Assembly: GCA_964013405.1 (NCBI GenBank)
Contig: CAXGWI010000019.1
Coordinates: 1-40,852, forward strand
From: an uncultured Myxococcales bacterium
Lineage (GTDB): Bacteria; Myxococcota; UBA4151
Reading direction: 5' to 3'
Length of the DNA stretch: 40,852 bases
A model generated the notes under the pieces. That model did not search any database. It saw only the letters and a program-made list of their open reading frames with translations, and was not told the DNA's origin. The first letter of the stretch is position 1, and each line of letters begins with the position of its first letter. Shown here piece by piece: positions 27,166 to 36,984 of the stretch. Made by a program: the position numbers and the translations under genes.

Positions 27166-27966
27166 ATGAAGACTTTGAGCAGTCCCCGCGGACCCCAGCG
27201 TATCGTGTGTCTCACTGAGGAGCCCACCGAGATTCTCTACGCTTTAGGTGAGGGCGATCGTGTGGTCGGGATCAGTGCGTACACCGTTCGTCCTCCTGAG
27301 GCGAAAGCTGAAAAACCCGTGGTGAGCGCCTTTATCGACGGCAGTGTGCAGAAGATTTGCGCGCTTCAGCCCGATCTCGTCATCGGCTTCTCCGATATCC
27401 AAGCGGATTTGGCGAAGAAGTTGATCGCCGCCAATCAGCAGGTACTCATCTTCAATCAGCGCAGCATCCAGGAAATCCTCGAGGTCATTCGAGCCATCGG
27501 ATCGCTGGTGGGGCGTCAGCATGAAGCCCAGGCCCTTTGCGATACCTATTTAAAGCGCTTGGATTCCGTGCAGAATGAGACGGTCAAGCGAAGTCACAGG
27601 CCGCGGGTTTATTTCGAGGAGTGGGATGAGCCCATGATCGCTGGCATTCAATGGGTGAGTGAATTGATCGAGATCGCCGGCGGGCAGGATGTGTTTCGCG
27701 ACCGAGCCAGCGGGAAGTTGGCCAAAGAGCGCTTTGTGCAGCCCGAGGAGGTGATCAGCGCTCAGCCCGAGGTGGTTTTCGCCTCTTGGTGCGGCAAACC
27801 TTTTGACGCCAGCGCATTTCGGCAACGATCGGGCTTTGATTCCTTGCCGGCCGTGAAAGGTAATCGACTTCACGAAGTGCCATCGGAGCTCATTCTCCAG
27901 CCAGGCCCCGCGTGTTTGACGGCCGGACTCGATTGCCTACTTGAGGGATTAAGTCCTTCCGACTAG
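27166..27966 (+). CDS. Helical-backbone metal/cobalamin-binding protein (BtuF-like), no signal peptide
   Basis: PQRIVCLTEEPTEILYALG, QPDLVIGFSDIQ, PRVYFEEWDEP, ELIEIAGG, ILQPGP; ATG 27166. Confidence 0.85.
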   Translation: MKTLSSPRGPQRIVCLTEEPTEILYALGEGDRVVGISAYTVRPPEAKAEKPVVSAFIDGSVQKICALQPDLVIGFSDIQADLAKKLIAANQQVLIFNQRSIQEILEVIRAIGSLVGRQHEAQALCDTYLKRLDSVQNETVKRSHRPRVYFEEWDEPMIAGIQWVSELIEIAGGQDVFRDRASGKLAKERFVQPEEVISAQPEVVFASWCGKPFDASAFRQRSGFDSLPAVKGNRLHEVPSELILQPGPACLTAGLDCLLEGLSPSD

Positions 27967-27969
27967 GCC

Positions 27970-28806
27970 TTGGGTCGATGGGTTTCGGAGCATCCGTTTG
28001 TGGTCGGAAGTCTAGCACCTCTTCTCTTCTTGTTGGTTTTATCGCCGGTGCTGCCTCTTGTTTTGGCCTGGCGCGGACGGCGAGGTGCCCTTGATCCCAC
28101 CTGTCTTTGGTTGATTGCGCCCTGTTTGACCTACCTTCTCGGCGGCTTTGGCCGGATCACCGGGCAGGCCGCCATCTGGGAGGGCCTCAAGCAAGCGCCA
28201 CCGGACAAGTTGGTTGAAGCGAGCCACCAGGCTCTGCCCTTGACGATGATTCCCGAGTTGGCTGCTGCAGGTAGTCTCGTTTTTGTCTTCGTGGGCATGA
28301 TCCTTTTGGCCGCCGCTCTCCTGTTGTATCGACGTCGCCAGCCGGAGATCGGCGAGACGCTGGACCGCTCCCTGCTCTGGTTGATCGCTGCCTTAGCCTT
28401 CTACGTGGTCCTTGCGACCTGGCGTTTTCTCGCCCTCCAAAGCCGGATTTGGGTCCACGATGCATTCGTTGCCGAGGACCCAGCAGTTCGAGTCGAGCAG
28501 GTGGAGGTCGCGCTGCGCCTGGAGGCTCAGATCCAGTTGGGGGGTGGCATGGCCCTGCTGGTGATGCTTGGTATGGGGGGATTTTTACTGCATCGAGCCC
28601 GGGTTCTTTGGCCACTGCGTCGCACGAAGAATGCCGTGATCAGCCTGGTGATGCTCATCGCGGTGTTGGGCATGGCTGATATCGCAGACCGGCGAGATCT
28701 AGCCTTCGGTCTGGATCATCGACCGGCTGCTGCCGCTCGCCTGGGGGCTGAGTCACCGGAAGGTCAAAAGCCCCATGATCCTGGGCATGGAGCGCCCCAG
28801 CCCTAG
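27970..28806 (+). CDS. Multi-pass membrane protein, paralog of 28867..29970, distantly MotA/TolQ/ExbB-like
   Basis: About 6 hydrophobic segments; shares LW.IAPC..Y..G..GRITGQ, PE, LATWR..AL and H.AF blocks with the next gene. Confidence 0.7.
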   Translation: MGRWVSEHPFVVGSLAPLLFLLVLSPVLPLVLAWRGRRGALDPTCLWLIAPCLTYLLGGFGRITGQAAIWEGLKQAPPDKLVEASHQALPLTMIPELAAAGSLVFVFVGMILLAAALLLYRRRQPEIGETLDRSLLWLIAALAFYVVLATWRFLALQSRIWVHDAFVAEDPAVRVEQVEVALRLEAQIQLGGGMALLVMLGMGGFLLHRARVLWPLRRTKNAVISLVMLIAVLGMADIADRRDLAFGLDHRPAAAARLGAESPEGQKPHDPGHGAPQP

Positions 28807-28866
28807 GCGTATTTCTTTGAATCGAGCATTTTTTCGGGGAGACTCGCCTGAGGGAGGACACGAGCG

Positions 28867-29970
28867 ATGTCCGATTTCAGCATGTTTTTTAATATGGGCG
28901 GGGTCTGGATGTATGCCGTCAGCCTCTTCCTTGTCCTGAGTCTTGTCGCCTCTTGCGTCCTTGCCGGACTGCAACTCTCCGGTAAGTCGATACGCCCATG
29001 GCTTTGGTGCATCGCACCGTGTGCTGCCTACGCAGTCGGTTTGCTGGGTCGGATTACGGGGCAGGGTGCGGTCCAAGAAGCGGCAGCAGAGGCTTATGCC
29101 GACCAAGTGTCTTCCCTCGCCCACAACGGTCTAAGTATTGCACTCCATCCGGAGATCTATGGGGCCGGTGGTGTGGCATTGGTCTTCTTCTTCACTGCGT
29201 TGGTGGCCCTCGGACTCTTTCTTGTGGCGCGGCATCGAGGGACCGATGACCAGGCCGTCGCGGTGGTGCTTCGGGGTGCTGGACCGGGGCATCGAAGCGA
29301 GGGGATGCTTCTCCTTCGTCTCTTTATCAGTTGTTTGTTCATGGCCATGCTCGCCACCTGGCGCTGGCATGCACTGGTGATCGGGCAGCAGCTTCACGAG
29401 GCTTTTGCCATGGCTGCACCGGATATGTTGGTGGGCAGGGTCGAGGCCTTATGGGCCCAATCCAGCGGGGGGCATCAGGTGGGTTGGATCAGCGTGGTCT
29501 GCCTCATGCTGCTCAGTGTTGCCTTGATGATTTGGCGGGGCAAGAACGATGGGCTCTCCCCCAAAGAGTCGCTGCGAAAGACCCGAGAGTATTCACTCTG
29601 GGGCATTCCCCTGGTGTTGCTTCTCGCCTTGGGCGCGTACAGCAGCAGTCTTTCCAGCAGCTTCGGCTTGGAGACGAGCGTTGCTGCTGCCAAGGCTGCA
29701 TGGGAGTTAGAACAAAGCGAGATCAAGCAGGCCAAAGAAGAGAAGAAAGCCCTCTCTCCATTGGACGCCATCAAGGCCCCTAAACTCATCAGAGGGGCTC
29801 CACCCCCCGAAGATCCAAGTCCCGAGGAATCAAGGAATCCACTTTTGAAGAGTGATTCCGAAAGGCTCATGGATCTTCAATCGGCGCTGGAGAACGTAAC
29901 GGGTGTAGCTGTGCCCGTTGATGCCGGTCCTGTCGCAGGCGAAGACGCCACCGCCAAAGAGACACCTTAG
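28867..29970 (+). CDS. Multi-pass membrane protein, distantly MotA/TolQ/ExbB-like, with soluble C-terminal tail
   Basis: GGGAGG RBS; FFNMGGVWMY start; GLLGRITG...LAHNGLSIAL. Confidence 0.72.
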   Translation: MSDFSMFFNMGGVWMYAVSLFLVLSLVASCVLAGLQLSGKSIRPWLWCIAPCAAYAVGLLGRITGQGAVQEAAAEAYADQVSSLAHNGLSIALHPEIYGAGGVALVFFFTALVALGLFLVARHRGTDDQAVAVVLRGAGPGHRSEGMLLLRLFISCLFMAMLATWRWHALVIGQQLHEAFAMAAPDMLVGRVEALWAQSSGGHQVGWISVVCLMLLSVALMIWRGKNDGLSPKESLRKTREYSLWGIPLVLLLALGAYSSSLSSSFGLETSVAAAKAAWELEQSEIKQAKEEKKALSPLDAIKAPKLIRGAPPPEDPSPEESRNPLLKSDSERLMDLQSALENVTGVAVPVDAGPVAGEDATAKETP

Positions 29971-30004
29971 GCCCCCGCAGGGTCAGCCGCGAGTCAAAGT
30001 CAGG

Positions 30005-31228
30005 CTAGCCGAAGTCGTCGAAGCGGATCATCTCGTCGTCGACGCCGAGATCGTCCAGCATCTTGAAGACGGCCGCATTCATCATCGGCGGGCCGCAAAG
30101 GTAATACTCGACGTCCTCTGGGGCCGGATGATTGCTGAGGTAGTTGTCCAGCAAGACTTGGTGGATGAAGCCAACATAGCCATCCCAGTTGTCCGCCTCT
30201 TGGGGGTCGCTCAGGGCCACATGGTACTTGAAGTTCGGGAAGTCTTTCTCGATGTCCTTGAAGTGGTCGTCGTAGAACATCTCCCGGACGGAGCGGGCGC
30301 CGTACCAGTAGCTTACCTTTCGATCTGTCTTCTGGGTATGGAAGAGGTCGAAGAGGTGGCTGCGCATGGGCGCCATGCCAGCACCACCGCCGATAAAGCA
30401 CATCTCTCGCTGGGTCTTTTGTTGGAAGAACTCACCGTAGGGACCACTCACGATGACCTCGTCACCGGGCTTGAGATCGAAGATATAAGAACTGGCGATG
30501 CCTGGGGGCACGTTGGGCTGATTCGGGGGAGGGCTGGCGATGCGGACATTGAGCATGATGATCTGCCCTTCGGCCGGATGGTTCGCCATGGAATAGGCCC
30601 GGAAGCAGTCTTCATCATTGTTGGCCGTAAACTGCCAAAGGTTATAGCGGTCCCATTCGTCCCGGTACTCTTCCTCTACGTCGAAGTTCTGGTACGAAAG
30701 CCCTTTGTACTCCGGGATGTCGATTTGGATGTAGCCGCCGGCTTCAAATTCTAGCGTCTCACCATCCTGGATCTCAAGGATAAGCTCCTTGATAAAGGTC
30801 GCGACATTCTCGTTACTCCGCACTTTGCAGCGGAACTTCTTAATGCCGAAGACCTCTTCCGGCACCTCGATCTTCATGTCTTCTTTGATCTTCACCTGGC
30901 AGGCCAGGCGCCAGCCTTCTTGGGCCTCCTTGCGGGTGATGTAGCCGGTCTCGGTGGGGAGAATTTCACCCCCGCCTTCGAGCACCTTGCACTTACACAT
31001 GGCGCAGGTTCCGCCGCCACCACAGGCGCTGGGTAGAAAGATTTTTTGTCCCGAGAGGGTGGTCAGCAAGTTGCCACCCGCCCCCGTCGTGAGATCCTTC
31101 TCGTCGTTGACATTGATGGTGAGTTCGCCCTGAGCCACCAGGCGCTTTTCCGCCAGCAAGAGGGCGGCGATAATCACCAGGACAACAGCCGTGAAGGCGA
31201 TCACTGCGACGATAATTTGCAAGCCCAT
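30005..31228 (-). CDS. nqrF: Na+-NQR subunit F
   Basis: [12 protein letters not shown] 2Fe-2S motif, [33 protein letters not shown]. Confidence 0.97.
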   Translation of the reverse strand: MGLQIIVAVIAFTAVVLVIIAALLLAEKRLVAQGELTINVNDEKDLTTGAGGNLLTTLSGQKIFLPSACGGGGTCAMCKCKVLEGGGEILPTETGYITRKEAQEGWRLACQVKIKEDMKIEVPEEVFGIKKFRCKVRSNENVATFIKELILEIQDGETLEFEAGGYIQIDIPEYKGLSYQNFDVEEEYRDEWDRYNLWQFTANNDEDCFRAYSMANHPAEGQIIMLNVRIASPPPNQPNVPPGIASSYIFDLKPGDEVIVSGPYGEFFQQKTQREMCFIGGGAGMAPMRSHLFDLFHTQKTDRKVSYWYGARSVREMFYDDHFKDIEKDFPNFKYHVALSDPQEADNWDGYVGFIHQVLLDNYLSNHPAPEDVEYYLCGPPMMNAAVFKMLDDLGVDDEMIRFDDFG

Positions 31229-31240
31229 GATCGTCTCCTT

Positions 31241-31858
31241 CTAGAGTTGGATGCCGGCGAAGCTCATGAAAGCCATCGCCATCAGGCCTGTGATGAGCAT
31301 GGTGATTCCAAGCCCCCGGAGTCCGTCGGGAACATTTGAATAACGAATTTTTTCTCGGATTGCTGCGATGGCGATGATCGCCAGCGCAAAGCCGACGCCG
31401 CTGCCAATGCCGAACACGACGGACTCACCGAAGGCATAGTCCCGTTCGTCCATGAAGAGACTCGCACCCAGGATGGAGCAGTTCACTGCGATCAAGGGCA
31501 GGAAGATACCCAGTGCTTGGTAGAGCGTGGGCGAGAACTTATCGATGAACATCTCCACCAACTGCACCAGCGCTGCGATCACCGCGATGAAGGTGATGAA
31601 GTTGAGGAAGGTCAGGTCGATGGATTTAAAGTCATCACCGAGAAAAGCGAGTGCACCCGGGCTGGTCACATAGGTTTTAATGGCCCAGTTCACAGGCGTT
31701 GCTAGGGTCAACACGAAGATCACAGCGCCGCCCAGGCCGATGGCTGTTTTGACCTGCTTTGAGACAGCCAGGAACGAACACATGCCCAGGAAGAAGGCGA
31801 GCACCATGTTCTCAACGAAGATGGAGCGGGCGAACAGGCTTAGGTATTGTTCGATCAT
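31241..31858 (-). CDS. nqrE: Na+-NQR subunit E
   Basis: [38 protein letters not shown]. Confidence 0.96.
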   Translation of the reverse strand: MIEQYLSLFARSIFVENMVLAFFLGMCSFLAVSKQVKTAIGLGGAVIFVLTLATPVNWAIKTYVTSPGALAFLGDDFKSIDLTFLNFITFIAVIAALVQLVEMFIDKFSPTLYQALGIFLPLIAVNCSILGASLFMDERDYAFGESVVFGIGSGVGFALAIIAIAAIREKIRYSNVPDGLRGLGITMLITGLMAMAFMSFAGIQL

Positions 31859-31859
31859 C

Positions 31860-32510
31860 TCAAGCCTCCTTGTAGCCGCTGTAAGCGCGCTGGGCCCAAA
31901 TCAGGAGACCCAGAATCACAAAGGCCCCCGGCGGGAGAACCATCAAGCCCATGTTCTCGTACCAGCCACCATTGCTCACGTACCAACTGGCCGGCACAAC
32001 GCTCAGACCGAACACGGTGCCGCTACCGAAGACTTCACGGAAGAAAGCGACCATCATCAAGATGGCACCGTAACCCAAGGCATTGCCAAGTCCGTCGAGA
32101 AAGCTGGGCCAGGGGGGATTCGCCATGGCGTAAGCTTCTGCCCGACCGAGGACGATGCAGTTGGTAATGATCAGCCCAACGAAGACCGACAGTTGCTTGG
32201 AGATCTCGAAGAGGTAGGCCTTTAGAACTTGGTCCACCACGATCACCAAGGTTGCGATGATCGATAACTGAACCACCACACGAATCTTTCCGGGAATCTT
32301 GTTCCGGAGGATGGAGATCACGGTGTTGGAGGTTGCAAGCACGGCCAAGAGGGCGACGCTCATCGTGAGTGCCGTGTCCAGCTTCACCGTCACAGCCAAG
32401 GCTGAACAGATGCCCAGAACTTGGATGGTGATGGGGTTGTTGTCCATCAGCGGGTCTTTGACAGCTGCCCGTTCCCGTTTGCCGAAAAGAGGTGTTGGAT
32501 TGCTGGTCAT
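31860..32510 (-). CDS. nqrD: Na+-NQR subunit D
   Basis: [40 protein letters not shown]. Confidence 0.96.
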   Translation of the reverse strand: MTSNPTPLFGKRERAAVKDPLMDNNPITIQVLGICSALAVTVKLDTALTMSVALLAVLATSNTVISILRNKIPGKIRVVVQLSIIATLVIVVDQVLKAYLFEISKQLSVFVGLIITNCIVLGRAEAYAMANPPWPSFLDGLGNALGYGAILMMVAFFREVFGSGTVFGLSVVPASWYVSNGGWYENMGLMVLPPGAFVILGLLIWAQRAYSGYKEA

Positions 32511-32512
32511 GC

Positions 32513-33316
32513 TCAGCTCCCTCCCTGTCGGTTCTTCGCAAAGTAGGCGCCATAGCCACCCTTTGCTTCGCCGTACTTGTCTACATAAAGCTCACTCTCT
32601 GCCCCGCCGAGGGCCCGAGTGATCATCTCTGAAATTCCATTGCCAGTCAGTGTCGCACCGCTCATTCCGTCAACGCAGTGCTCAACACCGGGAACCTGAG
32701 TGCAGCTCATCGGGCTTGCCGAGCCTCGAGCCACCTGGAAGGCAGGCTCGCCGGTTTGGTCAAGGACCAGCTTATTCACAAACAATTCCCGATAGGCAGG
32801 CTTTTCGCATTCGGCACCCAGGCCAGGCGTTTCTTTGGGCGCTCGGAAGGTGATGTTGCGTACCGTCTTGAAGTCCGGAGCCAGGGCCAGGAAGCCATAG
32901 ACCGTGCCCCAGAGACCTTTGCCGGCGATCGGAATGATCGTCGTGCGGTCCTTTTCTGGTCCCACCAAGTAAATGGGCCGCAGGTTCGGGTCCGTCTTCA
33001 ACTTGTAGATGTCGGCGGTGAGGGCAGCCTTGGAAAGACTGGCCACCTTTTGGTCCGCCATCACATCACCGGTGACGATATCGACGACCTGGGCGGTCAC
33101 TTTCTCCTCAAACGCACTCAGCACCTCATCTTGGTTGAGGCTGTCACCGGCTTTGACGATGCCGGCGGCCTTGAGGACGTTGAGCTTCATGTCCACCTCG
33201 GCGTTTTTGTCCTGCACATCCTTGAGGCTTAAGGCGGTGCCTGCGATGAGAAGAGAGCAGGCGATACAAATCGCGACGGCGAAGCCGATCACATACTTGT
33301 TGCTGAAGTCTTGCAT
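32513..33316 (-). CDS. nqrC: Na+-NQR subunit C
   Basis: N-terminal TM, GKGLWG, ETPGLG, FMNylation motif [10 protein letters not shown]. Confidence 0.94.
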   Translation of the reverse strand: MQDFSNKYVIGFAVAICIACSLLIAGTALSLKDVQDKNAEVDMKLNVLKAAGIVKAGDSLNQDEVLSAFEEKVTAQVVDIVTGDVMADQKVASLSKAALTADIYKLKTDPNLRPIYLVGPEKDRTTIIPIAGKGLWGTVYGFLALAPDFKTVRNITFRAPKETPGLGAECEKPAYRELFVNKLVLDQTGEPAFQVARGSASPMSCTQVPGVEHCVDGMSGATLTGNGISEMITRALGGAESELYVDKYGEAKGGYGAYFAKNRQGGS

Positions 33317-33325
33317 GATGGACTC

Positions 33326-34576
33326 CTAAGCCGCAGCGAGCCGCTCTTTGCGGCGCTTCACGTTTTCTTGGACCACGAGGTGATCAAGGAAGGGGGCGAA
33401 CACGTTCATGAATAGAATCGCGAGCATCATCCCCTCTGGATAGGCTGGATTTACGCAGCGAATAAGAACCGCCAAGGCGCCGATACAGATACCGTAAGCC
33501 CATTTGCCCTTCGCGGTAATCGCTGCACTCACTGGATCGGTGGCCATGAAGACTGTGCCAAAGGCGAAGCCACCCATCACCAGGTGGAAGCTGGCGGGCA
33601 GATGCAGCATCGGGTTGTTCTCAGGACCGGCGAGCACATTGAGCAGCCCGGCCATCACGACCAAGCCGATGACGCAACCGATCATGATGCGCCAGGATGC
33701 GATCCCGGCAACCAGAAGGATCACCAGGCCCAGGATGCAGGCCAAGACGCTCGTCTCACCGATGGAGCCGGGGATCGTGCCCAAGAACATGCTGGACCAT
33801 TCGTAGCTGACACCGGCGCTGCTAAAGTTGTTCAGGGCATCCACTGCTGAGCCAGGCCCAGGCGGCGCATTAAAGGCTGCTGCTAAGGGCGTTGCGCCTG
33901 AGTAGCCGTCAACGAGCTTGTCCCCATGGGGGATGAAACCCTTGGCGAAGTCGGGGAGGCGGTTGGCCGCATTCCAGACCAAGTCTCCGGAGATACTCGC
34001 TGGGTAGGTAAAGAAGACAAAAGCCCGGGCGGTGAGGGCTGGATTGAGGATGTTCATCCCCGTACCACCGAAGACCTCTTTGCCGATGACCACGCCAAAG
34101 GAAATGCCCATGGCCACCTGCCAGAGGGGAATGGTCGCTGGCAGGATCAAGGGGAAGAGCATGCCTGTGACCAGGAAGCCCTCATTGACCTCATGTTTGC
34201 GGACGACGGCAAAGAGCACTTCCCAAAGTCCGCCGACAATGAAGGTCGTCGCGATGATGGGCAGCACGTGGAACAGGCCGCGCAGCATCGCTTCGAGGAC
34301 GTTGTAGTTCACGCCTTCCGCCGCCAAGGCTTGGGCACCGGTGTTGAAGATGCCGAACAACAAGCAGGGTTGCAGGGCGATCACGACCGTGAACATCAGC
34401 CGTTTCGAGTCCAGCGCGTCCCGACTATGGGGGCCCGCATGACTTGGGGTCCGGGTGGAACTGGTGAACAGGATGGTCTCATGCATCTCAAACAGCGGGT
34501 AGAGCTTCTCGAGAGGCTGGCCGGGTTTGAATTTCTCTTCGACCCGTTCGACGATATGGAGGAGCTTATTGATCAT
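33326..34576 (-). CDS. nqrB: Na+-NQR subunit B
   Basis: GKEVFGGTGMNILNPAL, FMNylation motif DGYSGATPL, PGSIGETS, FMATDPVS, NPAYPEGMM. Confidence 0.96.
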   Translation of the reverse strand: MINKLLHIVERVEEKFKPGQPLEKLYPLFEMHETILFTSSTRTPSHAGPHSRDALDSKRLMFTVVIALQPCLLFGIFNTGAQALAAEGVNYNVLEAMLRGLFHVLPIIATTFIVGGLWEVLFAVVRKHEVNEGFLVTGMLFPLILPATIPLWQVAMGISFGVVIGKEVFGGTGMNILNPALTARAFVFFTYPASISGDLVWNAANRLPDFAKGFIPHGDKLVDGYSGATPLAAAFNAPPGPGSAVDALNNFSSAGVSYEWSSMFLGTIPGSIGETSVLACILGLVILLVAGIASWRIMIGCVIGLVVMAGLLNVLAGPENNPMLHLPASFHLVMGGFAFGTVFMATDPVSAAITAKGKWAYGICIGALAVLIRCVNPAYPEGMMLAILFMNVFAPFLDHLVVQENVKRRKERLAAA

Positions 34577-34577
34577 C

Positions 34578-35933
34578 TCAGAACTCCCGCTCGTATTGGG
34601 CCCAGCCTTGCTGTAGCGCTTCCGAGAAGTTGAGCTTCGAGGGACAGACGAAGGTACACAGTGCAGCTTCCTCTTGGGAAATCTCCAAGAGGCCTAAGTT
34701 CACCATCTCTTCAATGTCTTCTGCCAGGATGGCCCGGAGTAGGAAGACAGGCTCGATGTCCGAGTTAACGACCTTTTCATAGGAGCCGATGGGGACCATG
34801 GCCCGGAAGCCACCGTTGATCGATGTATCGAGATCATAGCGGTTGAAGGGCACGAGCTTGCTGACAAAGAGCCGGTGGATACTGAAGGCCGAGATACCTG
34901 GATAGGTCCAGCCCATGAATTTGCGTTGGACATCGTCGGGGAGCAGCAACAGGGTGTTGGCTGGCCCGCTCATGAATCCATCGAGATCGAGCGTCCGACC
35001 GGTAAAGACGCTACCACCGATGGGGCGCACGGGGCGGGTCGTGCTGCCGGCGGCCTGAATCAGATGACTCAGGGGAGCCCCGGCCAGGCAGCGATAGTAG
35101 GCAGGCTTCGCAATTCCCGTTCCGACGATCGCAACCGTGCGGTGCGTTGGGGTGAGGCCTGTCTTGAGTAATTCGCCAATCAGCGCTGCATCCGAGGCCC
35201 GAAGGTACCATACCTTCTGGCCTGGGCCTGGGGGGCAACAGAAGTTGATCTGGGTTTCAGCATCGCCGGCCGGGTGGGGCCCCGAGAAGGTATGCAACTC
35301 GAACCGGCCGCCCTCTGGCAGGGAAGGCTGCGCACTGCCCTTGGGGAAGGTCACATGGACACTACCCGCTGTCAGGCGGCTGAGGGCTTGGAGCCCCAAA
35401 GCGAGTTCTTCCGTCTTGTTTTGCAGAATCACGCCGGGCTGCGCTTGGAGCGGTCCCGTCTCCATGCAACTGACCAAGATGGCGGCCGGTTGATCGGAGG
35501 GGACTGCCGTGCGGGCCAGGGGCTTCGACCGGATCAGCGGCCAGAGACCGCCGGCAAGAATTGCCGACTTGATGACGTCACCGGACTCATTTGCCAAGCG
35601 GTCAGCGGAGAAGGCGAGGCCTTGAACCGCTTCACCGCCGTCTGTCTTTTCGATCACCACGCTCAGGAGCGCCCGTCGCGCACCCCGGTTGATCTCGGCA
35701 ACCTGTCCGGCCGTTGGGCTGACCAGCTTGATCTCGGGGTATTGTTTAGCTTGAAGGACCGGCTGCCCAGCGGCGACGGTCTCACCTTGCTCAACCACAA
35801 GGCGGAACTTCAAATCAGGGTAATCCGGGGGGCACAAGGCGACCCGAGAGGGGGCATCAACATCCACCACGTGAGGATCGGGACGACCCTCCATCGGAAT
35901 ATTGAGGCCCTTTTGAAAGCGAATATCGCTCAT
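34578..35933 (-). CDS. nqrA: Na+-NQR subunit A
   Basis: Start reassigned to ATG 35933: IRFQKGLNIP, INRGARR, FSGPHPAG, GGFRAMVPIG, LCTFVCPSK. Confidence 0.93.
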   Translation of the reverse strand: MSDIRFQKGLNIPMEGRPDPHVVDVDAPSRVALCPPDYPDLKFRLVVEQGETVAAGQPVLQAKQYPEIKLVSPTAGQVAEINRGARRALLSVVIEKTDGGEAVQGLAFSADRLANESGDVIKSAILAGGLWPLIRSKPLARTAVPSDQPAAILVSCMETGPLQAQPGVILQNKTEELALGLQALSRLTAGSVHVTFPKGSAQPSLPEGGRFELHTFSGPHPAGDAETQINFCCPPGPGQKVWYLRASDAALIGELLKTGLTPTHRTVAIVGTGIAKPAYYRCLAGAPLSHLIQAAGSTTRPVRPIGGSVFTGRTLDLDGFMSGPANTLLLLPDDVQRKFMGWTYPGISAFSIHRLFVSKLVPFNRYDLDTSINGGFRAMVPIGSYEKVVNSDIEPVFLLRAILAEDIEEMVNLGLLEISQEEAALCTFVCPSKLNFSEALQQGWAQYEREF

Positions 35934-35977
35934 GGAAAAACTCCAACCAGTTCGCCGAGCCACGCCGGCGGCGCCCC

Positions 35978-36006
35978 GCCTTAAACGTATCCATGACTTT
36001 GAGCAA
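35978..36006 (-). promoter_or_regulatory. Putative promoter of the nqr operon
   Basis: Minus strand TTGCTC-N17-TAAGGC upstream of GGAG RBS and nqrA ATG. Confidence 0.45.
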
Positions 36007-36012
36007 GTCTCG

Positions 36013-36031
36013 TCCCCCCCGTAGGGGGGGA
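36013..36031. repeat. Perfect inverted repeat T-C7-GTA-G7-A
   Basis: TCCCCCCCGTAGGGGGGGA read directly from the sequence. Confidence 0.8.
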
Positions 36032-36062
36032 TCAAGAGGAGCCCTTTGGGACGCCATCTTCC

Positions 36063-36884
36063 CTAGAGGTAGTGGCTTGCCAACTCGAAGGCCTGGACGT
36101 CGTAGGGGGAGCCGAAGAGTTTGAAATGGGCCAGCACAAAATAGAGTTGATGGAGGCGAACACGGTCACGCCACCCGGGCTGCAAGGCAAAGCAGGCCTC
36201 GTACTCCGAATAGAAGGAGGGAGAAAACCCGCCGAACAGTAGACTCATGGCTAGATCGAGTTCTCGGTGGCCCGTTGCATAGGCCGGGTCATAAAGAACG
36301 GGCCGGCCATTCCGTCGCTGGCCAGCGTTCCCGGCCCAGAGGTCGCCGTGGAGGTGACTTGGGGGGTCTCGGTCGTCTAGAAGTTCTCCAAGTCGGGGAA
36401 TGAGTCGCTCGATGGCCGATCGCAAGGTCGGTGGACAGCCCGGCGCAAGGGGCAACAAGCGGTATTCACCATAGAGCTCGGCCCAACTCGTACAGGCCGG
36501 CTGCCGCTGGCGCAGCGTTCCGAGGAAGTTGTCGGCCTGGCCACCCCAACGGGGGGCCGGACTTCGGTGGACTTCCGCCAGGGCCCGACCGCAGGCGCCT
36601 CCCACTGGCCCTGGCCCGAGATCGAGCCACTCCAGCACAAGGCCTTGGGGGTGAACAGCCTCCACTGTCGGGACCAAACCGGGGTTAATTCCTGCGATGG
36701 CTTCCAGGCCCTCTGCCTCCCGCTGGAACATTTGTTCCGGCGGTCGGTTGTGGAACTTGAGGAAATAGTGACCACGGGCGGATTCTAGACGCATGGCCTG
36801 GTTGATGTCTCCGCCGGGGAGGGGCATCTGGCGAAAAGGGCCCAGACTGTCGTTGAGAAATTGCTCAAGATGGGAAGGTAGCAT
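36063..36884 (-). CDS. Fructosamine-3-kinase family protein (YniA-like)
   Basis: GGDINQA, YFLK, EAEGL, LHGDLWAGN, YDPA...GHRELDLAM. Confidence 0.9.
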   Translation of the reverse strand: MLPSHLEQFLNDSLGPFRQMPLPGGDINQAMRLESARGHYFLKFHNRPPEQMFQREAEGLEAIAGINPGLVPTVEAVHPQGLVLEWLDLGPGPVGGACGRALAEVHRSPAPRWGGQADNFLGTLRQRQPACTSWAELYGEYRLLPLAPGCPPTLRSAIERLIPRLGELLDDRDPPSHLHGDLWAGNAGQRRNGRPVLYDPAYATGHRELDLAMSLLFGGFSPSFYSEYEACFALQPGWRDRVRLHQLYFVLAHFKLFGSPYDVQAFELASHYL

Positions 36885-36984
36885 TGGAATGAGGGTCTCC
36901 GAAGGGGGTCGTTCATGGCAAGAGCTTCTCGCAGTCGCTTCACCCAGGCTCAGTTTTCTGGTTGAACCCCCCTGAGGAAAGTCG

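Noticed and set aside
30005..35933. Alternative call as an Rnf complex
   Set aside because: An NqrF with FAD/NADH-binding motifs, the A-F order, and nqrM identify Na+-NQR.
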